The translations under genes and the position numbers were made by a program. A stretch of DNA of 34,061 bases, taken from a virus. Its lineage: Duplodnaviria; Heunggongvirae; Uroviricota; Caudoviricetes. This document shows, piece by piece, positions 8,026 through 15,967 of the stretch. Where the stretch lies: the IMG/VR virus record IMGVR_UViG_2734482587_000013, one strand, 5' to 3'. The stretch's first letter is position 1, and every line of letters begins with the position of its first letter. The notes under the pieces are model-generated. The model saw nothing but the letters and a program-made list of their open reading frames with translations. It was not told the origin of the DNA and searched no databases.

Positions 8026-8569
8026 GCATCATTGGAAAGTGGAAAAACAACCCGAGTGGTACGTGAAAGCTGTCAGAAAAACTATCGCGGCATTGCCTGG
8101 GGGTTACGCTGAAGCTGCTGACTGGCTGGATGTAACAGAGAACGCTTTATTCAACCGCCTTCGTGCAGATGGCGATCAGATTTTCCCGCTGGGATGGGCA
8201 ATGGTTTTACAGCGTGCTGGTGGCACTCACTTCATTGCTGACGCTGTGGCGCAGTCTGCAAATGGCGTCTTTGTGTCTCTTCCTGACGTCGAGGATGTGG
8301 ACAACGCCGATATCAACCAACGCCTGCTGGAAGTCATTGAACAGATCGGCAGTTATTCAAAACAGATTCGTTCAGCAATTGAAGACGGTGTAGTGGAACC
8401 GCATGAGAAGACAGCAATTAATGATGAATTGTATCTGTCAATTTCGAAGCTCCAGGAGCATGCGGCACTGGTCTACAAAATTTTCTGCGCTCCAGAAAAG
8501 AGTGACGCCCGCGAGTGTGCAGCTCCGGGCGTCGTGGCGTTTTGTGTCTGTGGAGAAACTAACGCATGA
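8018..8569 (+). CDS. Phage 186-type CII-like regulatory protein (CP76 family)
   Basis: Position immediately after cro; segment NALFNRLRADGDQIFPLGWAMVLQRAGGTHFIADAVAQ parallels the 186 CII segment (...LRNKLNPEQPHQFTPPELWLL...DGFLAQ) as I recall it. Confidence 0.5.
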   Translation: MGKHHWKVEKQPEWYVKAVRKTIAALPGGYAEAADWLDVTENALFNRLRADGDQIFPLGWAMVLQRAGGTHFIADAVAQSANGVFVSLPDVEDVDNADINQRLLEVIEQIGSYSKQIRSAIEDGVVEPHEKTAINDELYLSISKLQEHAALVYKIFCAPEKSDARECAAPGVVAFCVCGETNA

Positions 8570-8714
8570 ACAGTTTAACGGCAAATAACCGTTTGTCGCA
8601 ACAGCTGGTGGTCAGTGTCGCTGCACACCTGTTGTTACGGCATGAATGCAGATTACCAAATCACCTGGCTGTAAGTAACCACAGAGAACTTTACCTGACT
8701 GTGGGGGGCGAGTT

Positions 8715-8894
8715 GTGCAGGAACTTAACCGCTGGTTTCGTGACGGAAGAGGACTTTATGTTCATGTTATTCGTTGGGAGCCAGAAACACAGCGCGTTAT
8801 CTATCTTCGCAAAGACTACCCGCATGAGTGCTTTAGTCCTTTGTGGAAATTCAGGCGTGATTTTGTTGAGTGTGAAGGACCACCAGCACATTGA
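8715..8894 (+). CDS. Possible small protein (59 aa, GTG start) in the gap between the CII-like gene and rha
   Basis: Frame differs from the long 8566-9714 ORF. Translation VQELNRWFRDGRGLYVHVIRWEPETQRVIYLRKDYPHECFSPLWKFRRDFVECEGPPAH has a protein-like mix of charged and aromatic residues; G-rich stretch upstream of the GTG. Below the ORF-track cut-off. Confidence 0.3.
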   Translation: MQELNRWFRDGRGLYVHVIRWEPETQRVIYLRKDYPHECFSPLWKFRRDFVECEGPPAH

Positions 8895-9168
8895 TTCTGC
8901 CATTCCGGGACGTTACACTGTTCAGGCACCTTATAAAGCGGGTGCCGGGATTGGCGTCCTGGAATTGCATACGGCGACAATTGGCGCGTTAGCGTCTTTT
9001 TTGTTGCTACAACTCAGCTATACCCAAATTATGGTGGGCTGGGTGGGGGCACCGAAAGGTGCGCCGGTTTCCGTATGCGCCGGTTACGCCAACCCTGCTC
9101 AGTTCACCACCAGCGAAATTGGCGTTTCCGGTGGTGGAAGTTATCCATTGCATACGGAGGCTGCCATC

Positions 9169-9714
9169 ATGGCTACGATCCCTGCCTTAGTTCAACCTGA
9201 ACTTTGCATTATTGCAGACAAAGTTGTTACTTCTTCTCTGGCTGTTGCTAGTTATTTCGGCAAACAACACAAAAACGTCATTCAAAAAATTGCGTCTCTT
9301 GAATGCTCTGCCGAATTTACTGAGCTGAATTTCCAGCTCAGTGAGTACATCGACGCATCAGGCCGCAAACTACCTTGCTATCAAATAACCCGCGACGGCT
9401 TTGCGTTTCTTGCTATGGGTTTCACGGGTAAACGTGCTGCCCAGTTCAAAGAGGCATACATCAATGCCTTTAACCAGATGGAGAAACAGCTTTCAAAGCC
9501 CGCTGTACCGAGCGACGTTGCACATAACGCCAGCGTTCTCTGTTCCTACATTTCATCAATTCATCAGGTCTGGCTGCAGCAGCTTTATCCTATGTTGGCA
9601 AAAGCCGAATCTCCGCTGGCTGTTAGCTTATATGACTATATTAATGATGCTTCGGCGCTGGCCTGCCTCATAAATTTGTCGCTGAACCCTTCAGAGGTAA
9701 GGGGGCGCAAATGA
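9169..9714 (+). CDS. Rha-family phage regulatory protein
   Basis: Internal ATG at 9169 preceded by GGAGG with 8 nt spacing; product MATIPALVQPELCIIADKVVTSSLAVASYFGKQHKNVIQKI... matches the Rha (Phage_pRha) N-terminal domain pattern. The in-frame 8566-9168 extension has non-protein-like composition. Confidence 0.6.
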   Translation: MATIPALVQPELCIIADKVVTSSLAVASYFGKQHKNVIQKIASLECSAEFTELNFQLSEYIDASGRKLPCYQITRDGFAFLAMGFTGKRAAQFKEAYINAFNQMEKQLSKPAVPSDVAHNASVLCSYISSIHQVWLQQLYPMLAKAESPLAVSLYDYINDASALACLINLSLNPSEVRGRK

Positions 9715-9935
9715 TCCGGAATATTTTCAAACGTTTTACCAATCAGACTTTCCGTTGTCCTCGTCCGGGTCAGTGGTACACCACGCCTGCAGGGCATGTT
9801 CTACGTGTTAGCCTGGTTGACCGTGAATGTCAGAAGGTGATTTGTGAACCGCTGGGCCGTAATTACCGCGTCAGTATGCCGCTTATAGCCTTTCGCTCCG
9901 GAAAAAACATGAAGCATCTCGGAGGTGCAGCATGA
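9711..9935 (+). CDS. Hypothetical small protein (74 aa)
   Basis: ATGA overlap with the rha stop; the next gene starts at its own stop. Confidence 0.4.
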   Translation: MIRNIFKRFTNQTFRCPRPGQWYTTPAGHVLRVSLVDRECQKVICEPLGRNYRVSMPLIAFRSGKNMKHLGGAA

Positions 9936-10750
9936 GTATGGAGCTGATGGTTAAAGCGATGAAAATTCGAGTGGGTAATCCATTGCGAAAACTGGTTCTG
10001 ATCAAGCTGGCTGATAATGCCAGCGATCAGGGTGAGTGCTGGCCCAGCTACCAGCATATTGCTGACCAGTGCGAGATTAGCAAACGTTCTGTGATGAATC
10101 ATATTGCGGCCCTCTGTGAGTCCGGGCTGGTAAAAAAAGTCACCCGGAAAGGTGAAAAAGGTAACTCAAGTAATATCTATCTTCTTCATCTTGATGGTGC
10201 AGGAGATTCACTAGGGGGTAGTGCAAATAATTCACTATCTGGTGCAGCAAATTCACCAGGTAGTGCAGGAGTTGCACCAGGGGGTAGTGCAGGAGATTCA
10301 CCCAGAACCAGTCACTCTTTTGAACCAGTCAAAGAACCAGTCAATGAACCAATAGCTGTTGGTGCATCAGTTGATGAGTCCGTGCGAGTTCGTTCAAACC
10401 GACCGGAATACTCTCCGGAGTTTGAGCAGGCATGGCTGGCATATCCCAAACGTGCTGGTGGCAATTCAAAATCTGCAGCCTTCAAAGCCTGGAAAGCCCG
10501 TTTGAATGAGGGAGTAAACCCCGAAACCATGCTGGAAGGTGTGAAACGCTACGCGGGCTGGGTATCTGCGATGGGTAACAGCGGCACACAATTTGTGAAA
10601 CAGGCTGTCACGTTCTTTGGTCCGGATCGTCATTTCGAAGAATCCTGGGAAGTTCCTGCGGTATCTGCAGCCAGACGTGAGGACCCGTACTTCAAAGCCA
10701 GTTACGACAACGTGGACTACAGCCAGATCCCGGCAGGATTCAGGGGGTGA
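9932..10750 (+). CDS. Phage replication initiation protein (N-terminal HTH, Gly/Ser/Ala-rich linker, C-terminal domain)
   Basis: N-terminus ...LIKLADNASDQGECWPSYQHIADQCEISKRSVMNHIAALCESGLVKK is a winged-helix typical of phage replication initiators; the linker is encoded by tandem DNA repeats (see repeat feature). Confidence 0.6.
   Translation: MSMELMVKAMKIRVGNPLRKLVLIKLADNASDQGECWPSYQHIADQCEISKRSVMNHIAALCESGLVKKVTRKGEKGNSSNIYLLHLDGAGDSLGGSANNSLSGAANSPGSAGVAPGGSAGDSPRTSHSFEPVKEPVNEPIAVGASVDESVRVRSNRPEYSPEFEQAWLAYPKRAGGNSKSAAFKAWKARLNEGVNPETMLEGVKRYAGWVSAMGNSGTQFVKQAVTFFGPDRHFEESWEVPAVSAARREDPYFKASYDNVDYSQIPAGFRG
10190..10340 (+). repeat. Iteron-like short tandem repeats inside the replication initiator gene; candidate replication origin
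   Basis: GGTGCAGGAGATTCAC occurs twice, GGTAGTGCA three times and GAACCAGTCAA three times, clustered at the linker-coding region. Confidence 0.45.
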
Positions 10751-11241
10751 TCATGAGTCTTTTGAATGAAGTTCAGAAATTCATTGAAGCCCATCCGGGG
10801 TGTACTTCCGGAGACATTGCGGATGCTTTTGCAGGTTACTCACGGCAGCGCGTTCTGCAGTCAGCAAGCAAGTTACGTCAGAGTGGGCGTGTGGCTCACC
10901 GTTGTGAAGGAGATACACGCAGACATTTCCCACGCCTGACTGAGAGAGCGCAGGAGCCGGAACCACAACCAGTTCGTGAAACCAAACCTGTGCGCAATTT
11001 CTATGTCGGCACTAACGATCCCCGGGTGATTTTGTGCCTGACCCGCCAGGCTGAAGAGCTGGAGTCCAGGGGGTTATACCGTCGTGCTGCAACGGTGTGG
11101 ATGGCGGCATTCCGAGAAAGCCACTCCCAGCCAGAACGAAACAATTTTCTGGCACGTCGTGAGCGGTGCTTACGGAAAAGCAGCAAGCGCGCTGCATCGG
11201 GTGAAGAGTGGTATCTGTCAGGGAATTACGTGGGGGCTTAA
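10747..11241 (+). CDS. Putative regulator with PerC-like C-terminal region (tentative)
   Basis: C-terminal segment AEELESRGLYRRAATVWMAAFRESHSQPERNNFLARRERCLRKS resembles PerC/Pch-family activators from memory; ATGA overlap with the upstream gene. Confidence 0.35.
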   Translation: MIMSLLNEVQKFIEAHPGCTSGDIADAFAGYSRQRVLQSASKLRQSGRVAHRCEGDTRRHFPRLTERAQEPEPQPVRETKPVRNFYVGTNDPRVILCLTRQAEELESRGLYRRAATVWMAAFRESHSQPERNNFLARRERCLRKSSKRAASGEEWYLSGNYVGA

Positions 11242-11894
11242 TGAGTAATAAATATTGCCGGGCGCTGGTGGAACTGCGGAACAAACCAGCCCATGAACTG
11301 AAGGAAGTGGGCGATCAGTGGCGCACGCCGGACAACATTTTCTGGGGAATTAACACCCTGTTTGGCCCGTTTGTTCTGGATCTGTTCACCGACGGTGATA
11401 ACGCCAAATGTACCGCGTATTACACGGCGGAAGACAACGCGCTGGCGCATGACTGGTCAGAACGTCTTGCGGAGCTTAAAGGTGCTGCCTTTGGTAATCC
11501 CCCATACAGCCGCGCCAGTCAGCATGAGGGGCAATACATCACCGGCATGCGTTACATCATGAAACATGCCAGTGCCATGCGTGATAAAGGCGGGCGCTAT
11601 GTTTTCCTGATCAAAGCTGCCACCAGCGAAGTGTGGTGGCCGGAAGATGCAGATCATATTGCTTTTATTCGCGGGCGTATTGGTTTTGAACTGCCTGCCT
11701 GGTTTATCCCGAAAGACGAGAAGCAGGTGCCGACAGGCGCTTTCTTCGCTGGTGCTATTGCTGTTTTCGACAAGACCTGGAAGGGACCGGCAATCAGCTA
11801 CATCGGGCGCGATGAACTTGAGGCATGTGGTGAGGCGTTTCTGGCGCAGGTTCGCCAGCAGGCGGAAAAACTGGTCAGGGAGATGGCGGCATGA
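11241..11894 (+). CDS. Phage-type N6-adenine DNA methyltransferase (Dam-like)
   Basis: Catalytic NPPY motif (GNPPYS) plus flanking sequence typical of phage Dam methylases; start ATG overlaps the upstream stop (TAATG). Confidence 0.65.
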   Translation: MSNKYCRALVELRNKPAHELKEVGDQWRTPDNIFWGINTLFGPFVLDLFTDGDNAKCTAYYTAEDNALAHDWSERLAELKGAAFGNPPYSRASQHEGQYITGMRYIMKHASAMRDKGGRYVFLIKAATSEVWWPEDADHIAFIRGRIGFELPAWFIPKDEKQVPTGAFFAGAIAVFDKTWKGPAISYIGRDELEACGEAFLAQVRQQAEKLVREMAA

Positions 11895-12217
11895 CGACGT
11901 TAACTCAATGCCAGCAGCAGGTGCTGGATATGCTGATTTCTTACCAGAAAGAACGTGGCTTCCCGCCAACCAATCAGGAGGTGGCAACCATGCTGGGATA
12001 CCGTTCAGTGAATGCAGCGGTGGAGCATCTTCGCGCACTGGAGAAAAAAGGCGTCATCACGATAAAGCGTGGCGTGGCCCGGGGGATAACGCTTCATACT
12101 GCGATGAAGGACGACGACAGCGAGGCGGTCGGGATTATCCGCTCACTGCTTGCCGGTGAGGAAAACGCCAGGCTGCGTGCAACCCACTGGTTACATGAGA
12201 GGGGCCTGAAAGTATGA
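11891..12217 (+). CDS. LexA-DNA-binding-domain-like small protein
   Basis: N-terminus LTQCQQQVLDMLISYQKERGFPPTNQEVATMLGYRSVNAAVEHLRALEKKGVI resembles the LexA N-terminal winged helix; no peptidase domain. Confidence 0.5.
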   Translation: MTTLTQCQQQVLDMLISYQKERGFPPTNQEVATMLGYRSVNAAVEHLRALEKKGVITIKRGVARGITLHTAMKDDDSEAVGIIRSLLAGEENARLRATHWLHERGLKV

Positions 12218-12630
12218 AGCTGATCTTGCCTTTCCCGCCCAGCGTGAACACGTACTGGCGACACCCCAACAAAGGGGCGTTTGCAGGTAAGAGCCTGATA
12301 AGCGCGGCGGGGCGCAAATTCCAGAGCGCGGCGTGTGCAGCAATAGTTGAGCAGTTACGTCGTCTGCCAAAACCAACGTCGGCACCTGCTTCAGTGGAGA
12401 TCGTGTTGTTTCCTCCGGATAACCGGATCCGCGATCTGGACAACTATAACAAGGCGCTGTTTGACGCCCTGACCCACGCGGGTGTGTGGGAAGACGACAG
12501 TCAGGTGAAAAGAATGCTGGTGGAGTGGGGACCGGTTATGCCGGAAGGGAAGGTCGAGATCACTATCAGTAAGTACGAGAAAACGGCGGGTGCAGCCGCC
12601 AGATCAAGAGGAGAAACGAAGTATGAATAA
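12214..12630 (+). CDS. rusA: RusA-family Holliday junction resolvase
   Basis: N-terminal LPFPPSVNTYWRH and acidic residues DLDNYNKALFDAL are characteristic of RusA; about 138 aa. Confidence 0.75.
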   Translation: MKLILPFPPSVNTYWRHPNKGAFAGKSLISAAGRKFQSAACAAIVEQLRRLPKPTSAPASVEIVLFPPDNRIRDLDNYNKALFDALTHAGVWEDDSQVKRMLVEWGPVMPEGKVEITISKYEKTAGAAARSRGETKYE

Positions 12631-13432
12631 TCTGATGGTCATTGATGGTATTGAAGTTCGTCGTGATGCTTATGGGCGTTACAGTCTGAACGATCTGCAT
12701 CGCGCAGCAGTAGCATCTGGTGCAAATGCCAGAACCAAGGAGCCAGGAAAGTTTCTTTCCAGCCAACAAACTGTTGAGCTTGTTCATGAATTGACCAACA
12801 CCCAGAATTTGGGTGTTGACCCGGTGAGTGTGATTCATGGGGGAAATGAACGGGGAACGTATGTCTGCAAGGAACTGGTGTATGCCTATGCAATGTGGAT
12901 CAGCCCGTCATTCCATCTGAAGGTGATCCGTACTTTCGACATGGTAACCAGCGCACCGGAAAAATTATCCGGACAGGCTGCTGACAAGATGCAGGCTGGT
13001 GTGATTCTGCTGGACTTTATGCGCCGGGAATTAAACCTGTCTAACTCTTCAGTGCTTGGTGCCTGTCAGAAACTCCAGGAGGCTGTTGGCTTACCGAATC
13101 TGGCACCGCGCTATGCCATTGATGCTCCTGCTGACGCGCCTGATGGCTCAAGTCGCCCCACGCTGTCGCTGAGTGCACTGCTGAAACAGTATGGTATCCG
13201 CCTGACGGCTAATCAGGCATATCACCAGATGGTGAAGCTAGGGATCGTTGAACAACGCGAACGATACAGCCGTACCGCGATTAACAACATCAAAAAATTC
13301 TGGTCGCTGACGGCGAAAGGCTGCATGTTCGGCAAGAACATCACCAGTCCCGCAAATCCGCGCGAGACGCAGCCGCATTTCTTCGAATCCCGATTCCCTG
13401 AGCTGTTAAAGTTGCTCGATACCGTTCATTGA
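12623..13432 (+). CDS. KilA-N domain protein with a C-terminal extension (Bro/antirepressor-like architecture)
   Basis: Start at internal ATG 12623 (MNNLMVIDG...); KilA-N features ...YSLNDLHRAA...GTYVCKELVYAYAMWISPSFHLKVIRTF. Confidence 0.55.
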   Translation: MNNLMVIDGIEVRRDAYGRYSLNDLHRAAVASGANARTKEPGKFLSSQQTVELVHELTNTQNLGVDPVSVIHGGNERGTYVCKELVYAYAMWISPSFHLKVIRTFDMVTSAPEKLSGQAADKMQAGVILLDFMRRELNLSNSSVLGACQKLQEAVGLPNLAPRYAIDAPADAPDGSSRPTLSLSALLKQYGIRLTANQAYHQMVKLGIVEQRERYSRTAINNIKKFWSLTAKGCMFGKNITSPANPRETQPHFFESRFPELLKLLDTVH

Positions 13433-13433
13433 G

Positions 13434-14429
13434 GTGACCGTGAGAGCACTACTGACCCCTGAAATTGCCCCGCGTATGGGGATCGTATTGTTCAGGCCAG
13501 GTTCAGAGCTGATGCCCCTGTTTATGCAGGGGCGTGTCCTGCTGGAGCCTGAGCCGGAACGTTATTCATCTTTCGCCAGTGGTGCCGTTCCGGCGGCATC
13601 ACAACCGCTGGCGGATGATCCTGCCGTTCGGGCCGTGTTCCGCAATGAGGCAGTGATCCGTCGTGCTGGTGGCGTGGAATGTCTTGAAAGCTGGTTACTT
13701 CGTGAAAAAGGCTGCCAGTGGCCTCATTCCGACTGGCACAGCGAGAACATGACAACAATGCGACACGCGCCGGGCGCAATCCGTCTGTGCTGGCACTGCG
13801 ATAACCAGCTGCGCGATCAGTTCACGGAACGGCTGGAATCAATGGCAACGGATAACTGTGCCCGCTGGGTGTTGTCTGTTGTGCGTCGGGATCTCGGTTT
13901 TGATGATAGTCACGTTGTGACAATGCCGGAACTGTGCTGGTGGCTGATTCGGAATGACCTGGCGGATGCCTTACCGGAAAGTGCAGCCCGTAAGGCACTG
14001 AGATTACCGAAGCCTGTTGTGCCGTCTGTCACCCGGGAAAGTGACCTTGTGCCTTCGGTTCCTGCCACCAGCATCATCCAGGATAAGGCGAAAAAGGTGC
14101 TGGCGCTGAAAGTGGATCCGGAGTCGCCGGAGTCTTTTATGTTACGCCCAAAACGTCGCCGCTGGGTTAATGAAAAGTACACGCGCTGGGTTAAGACACA
14201 GCCGTGTGCATGTTGTGGAAAGCCCGCTGATGATCCCCACCACCTGATAGGTCACGGTCAGGGTGGAATGGGAACAAAAGCGCATGACCTTTTTGTGTTG
14301 CCTTTGTGCAGAAAGCATCACGACGAGCTGCATGCGGATACCGTGGCATTTGAAGAGAAGTATGGCTCCCAGCTGGAGCTGATATTTCGTTTTATCGATC
14401 GTGCGCTGGCAATTGGCGTGCTGGCCTGA
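13434..14429 (+). CDS. DUF968-family protein with C-terminal HNH-like Cys/His motif (YdfU-like); start codon uncertain
   Basis: C-terminus [43 protein letters not shown]; common position before Q in lambdoid prophages. Confidence 0.55.
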   Translation: MTVRALLTPEIAPRMGIVLFRPGSELMPLFMQGRVLLEPEPERYSSFASGAVPAASQPLADDPAVRAVFRNEAVIRRAGGVECLESWLLREKGCQWPHSDWHSENMTTMRHAPGAIRLCWHCDNQLRDQFTERLESMATDNCARWVLSVVRRDLGFDDSHVVTMPELCWWLIRNDLADALPESAARKALRLPKPVVPSVTRESDLVPSVPATSIIQDKAKKVLALKVDPESPESFMLRPKRRRWVNEKYTRWVKTQPCACCGKPADDPHHLIGHGQGGMGTKAHDLFVLPLCRKHHDELHADTVAFEEKYGSQLELIFRFIDRALAIGVLA

Positions 14430-14446
14430 TTTTGTGGAGAAAGTTG

Positions 14447-14812
14447 ATGCGTGATATTCAAATGGTTCTTGAACGTTGGGGGGCATGGGTGGCAAATAAT
14501 CACGAGGATGTCACTTGGTCGTCTATTGCTGCAGGATTTAAAGGACTAATCCCTTCAAAAGTAAAATCCCGCCCGCAATGTTGTGACGATGACGCGATGA
14601 TCATTTGTGGATGCATGGCTCGCCTGAAAAAGAACAACAGCGATTTGCACGATTTATTAGTGGATTATTATGTAGGTGGTATGACGTTTATGGCGCTTGC
14701 CCGTAAACATGGGCGTTCTGATTGCTGGGTTGGGCGTTTATTGCAAAAGGCTGAAGGTGTAGTTGATGGCATGTTAATGATGTTAGAAATTGAGCTAGAG
14801 ATGGATCGTTAG
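14447..14812 (+). CDS. Q: Late-gene antiterminator Q (phage 21/82-type family)
   Basis: Internal ATG at 14447 preceded by GGAGA; product [18 protein letters not shown]... with Cys-rich segment [16 protein letters not shown]; located just upstream of the lysis region. Confidence 0.7.
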   Translation: MRDIQMVLERWGAWVANNHEDVTWSSIAAGFKGLIPSKVKSRPQCCDDDAMIICGCMARLKKNNSDLHDLLVDYYVGGMTFMALARKHGRSDCWVGRLLQKAEGVVDGMLMMLEIELEMDR

Positions 14813-14853
14813 AAGACCTCTTATTGAGAGGGTAATTGAATCAGTTTAATGTG

Positions 14854-14894
14854 TGGGGAGTCGATTTATTCTCCCCATTTTATTTAATTAATTT
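14854..14894 (+). terminator. Intrinsic terminator downstream of Q
   Basis: TGGGGAG-(10 nt loop)-CTCCCCA followed by TTTTATTTAATTAATTT. Confidence 0.5.
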
Positions 14895-14896
14895 AC

Positions 14897-15343
14897 TTAA
14901 GGTTTTAATTCATCAAGACGTTGTTGGATAGTGTTTTTGCTTGCGTTGTCTGTTATAGCCATTTGTTGTACTTGCCCCATTGCCATTTGAGTTTCCATCC
15001 ACATATCGGCCCACACTTTTGTATCGTTATTAACTTGAGCGATAGTAAATCTGACTTTTGATACCGGGGTTGTTGAATAGGCATTGCCGATTAACATTTG
15101 TCCAAAAACAGCAGACCCGCCTTCCAGTTCTTTACCACATATAACACTGCTGTTATCCGCGTTGTAAATTATCAACCCTCTACTATTGCAGTAATTCACA
15201 AGGGCATCTTTGACTTTATCTTTTGTCGTATTTTGATAAACCCCCTCAGGTTTTCCTGATTGAGTTTTCTTTATCAATGGTACGGAAGAAGTACAACCTG
15301 AAATGATAGTTGCGCTAAGTAATAGTACAGTCATTTTATTCAT
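14897..15343 (-). CDS. Lipoprotein of unknown function (moron on the opposite strand between Q and the lysis genes)
   Basis: N-terminus MNKMTVLLLSATIISGCTSS: signal peptide with lipobox ISG|C. AT-rich; opposite orientation to the flanking phage genes. No resemblance to Bor or Cor that I can see. Confidence 0.6.
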   Translation of the reverse strand: MNKMTVLLLSATIISGCTSSVPLIKKTQSGKPEGVYQNTTKDKVKDALVNYCNSRGLIIYNADNSSVICGKELEGGSAVFGQMLIGNAYSTTPVSKVRFTIAQVNNDTKVWADMWMETQMAMGQVQQMAITDNASKNTIQQRLDELKP

Positions 15344-15408
15344 GTTTCTTATCCATTGTTAAGGGCATACCTACACAATTATTTTTATTGGAGATGAATA
15401 ATCAACCG

Positions 15409-15436
15409 TTTACAATCGTAAAAAATCAAATATGCT
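15409..15436 (+). promoter_or_regulatory. Candidate sigma70 promoter (TTTACA-16-TATGCT) about 35 nt upstream of an intrinsic terminator; possible pR'-like late promoter or small-RNA promoter
   Basis: Hexamers read from the sequence; coordinates are by hand and approximate. Confidence 0.3.
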
Positions 15437-15465
15437 GTTAAGAGTGGTTACTTCGCCACACAACT

Positions 15466-15491
15466 TAAACCCGCCGCTGAGCGGTTTTTTT
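15466..15491 (+). terminator. Intrinsic terminator (possible tR'-like) in the Q-to-lysis intergenic island
   Basis: AACCCGCCGC-TGA-GCGG followed by TTTTTTT; no + strand ORF ends nearby. Confidence 0.5.
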
Positions 15492-15613
15492 GTACCTGTA
15501 AACTTGGTGCAGTACAGTAAACACGCTGGTGGTCGTGAATACTGACTTTTTATCTTGCTGGCTTTTTAGACAAGAGTTATTGGTATGTCATGTTAACCAG
15601 AAGGGAAAAAGAC

Positions 15614-15817
15614 ATGCTAAAACAGCAAGATATGACAGAAACCGCCGCCGCAGTCCTTCATTTCTTACCTGCTGACAAGTGGGTAACGCCACGCATGATG
15701 ACGAGAACTACCGGAGTAAGCGAAGCCCGGTGCCAGTTAATACTGACTCAGTTAGTTCTGGCGGGTCTGGCGAAGGATAACGGTGGGTACGGGAATAAAT
15801 TCAGACGCTGCCAGTAA
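15614..15817 (+). CDS. Small hypothetical protein (67 aa from the internal ATG), possibly a small DNA-binding regulator
   Basis: ATG at 15614 preceded by AAGGGA with about 8 nt spacing; lies immediately upstream of the orphan methyltransferase. Confidence 0.4.
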   Translation: MLKQQDMTETAAAVLHFLPADKWVTPRMMTRTTGVSEARCQLILTQLVLAGLAKDNGGYGNKFRRCQ

Positions 15818-15967
15818 TGGCGGTTTCCTGCTGTGAAAATGGGCGGCTGGTGGGTGTTGGTAGCACCTGCCAGCCATTCGCTCATGCTTACTGGTCACAA
15901 GCGAACCACGGCCCACTGCTTTAGCGCAAAAGCAGAGTGAGCCTACCAGAGTTACGCTTACTGATCC

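Noticed and set aside
8566-9168. N-terminal 200 codons of the long 8566-9714 ORF as part of the Rha protein
   Set aside because: Leu/Ser/Gly/Ala-dominated, almost uncharged translation; a strong SD plus ATG lies at 9169 where the recognisable Rha domain begins. Kept only as a finding, not as coding sequence.
15817-15967. Intergenic region before the methyltransferase, screened for a tRNA gene (tRNAs often sit between Q and lysis genes in lambdoid phages)
   Set aside because: No T-arm GTTCGAATC-like motif or acceptor-stem complementarity found by eye; no tRNA is called. tRNAscan-SE would settle it.
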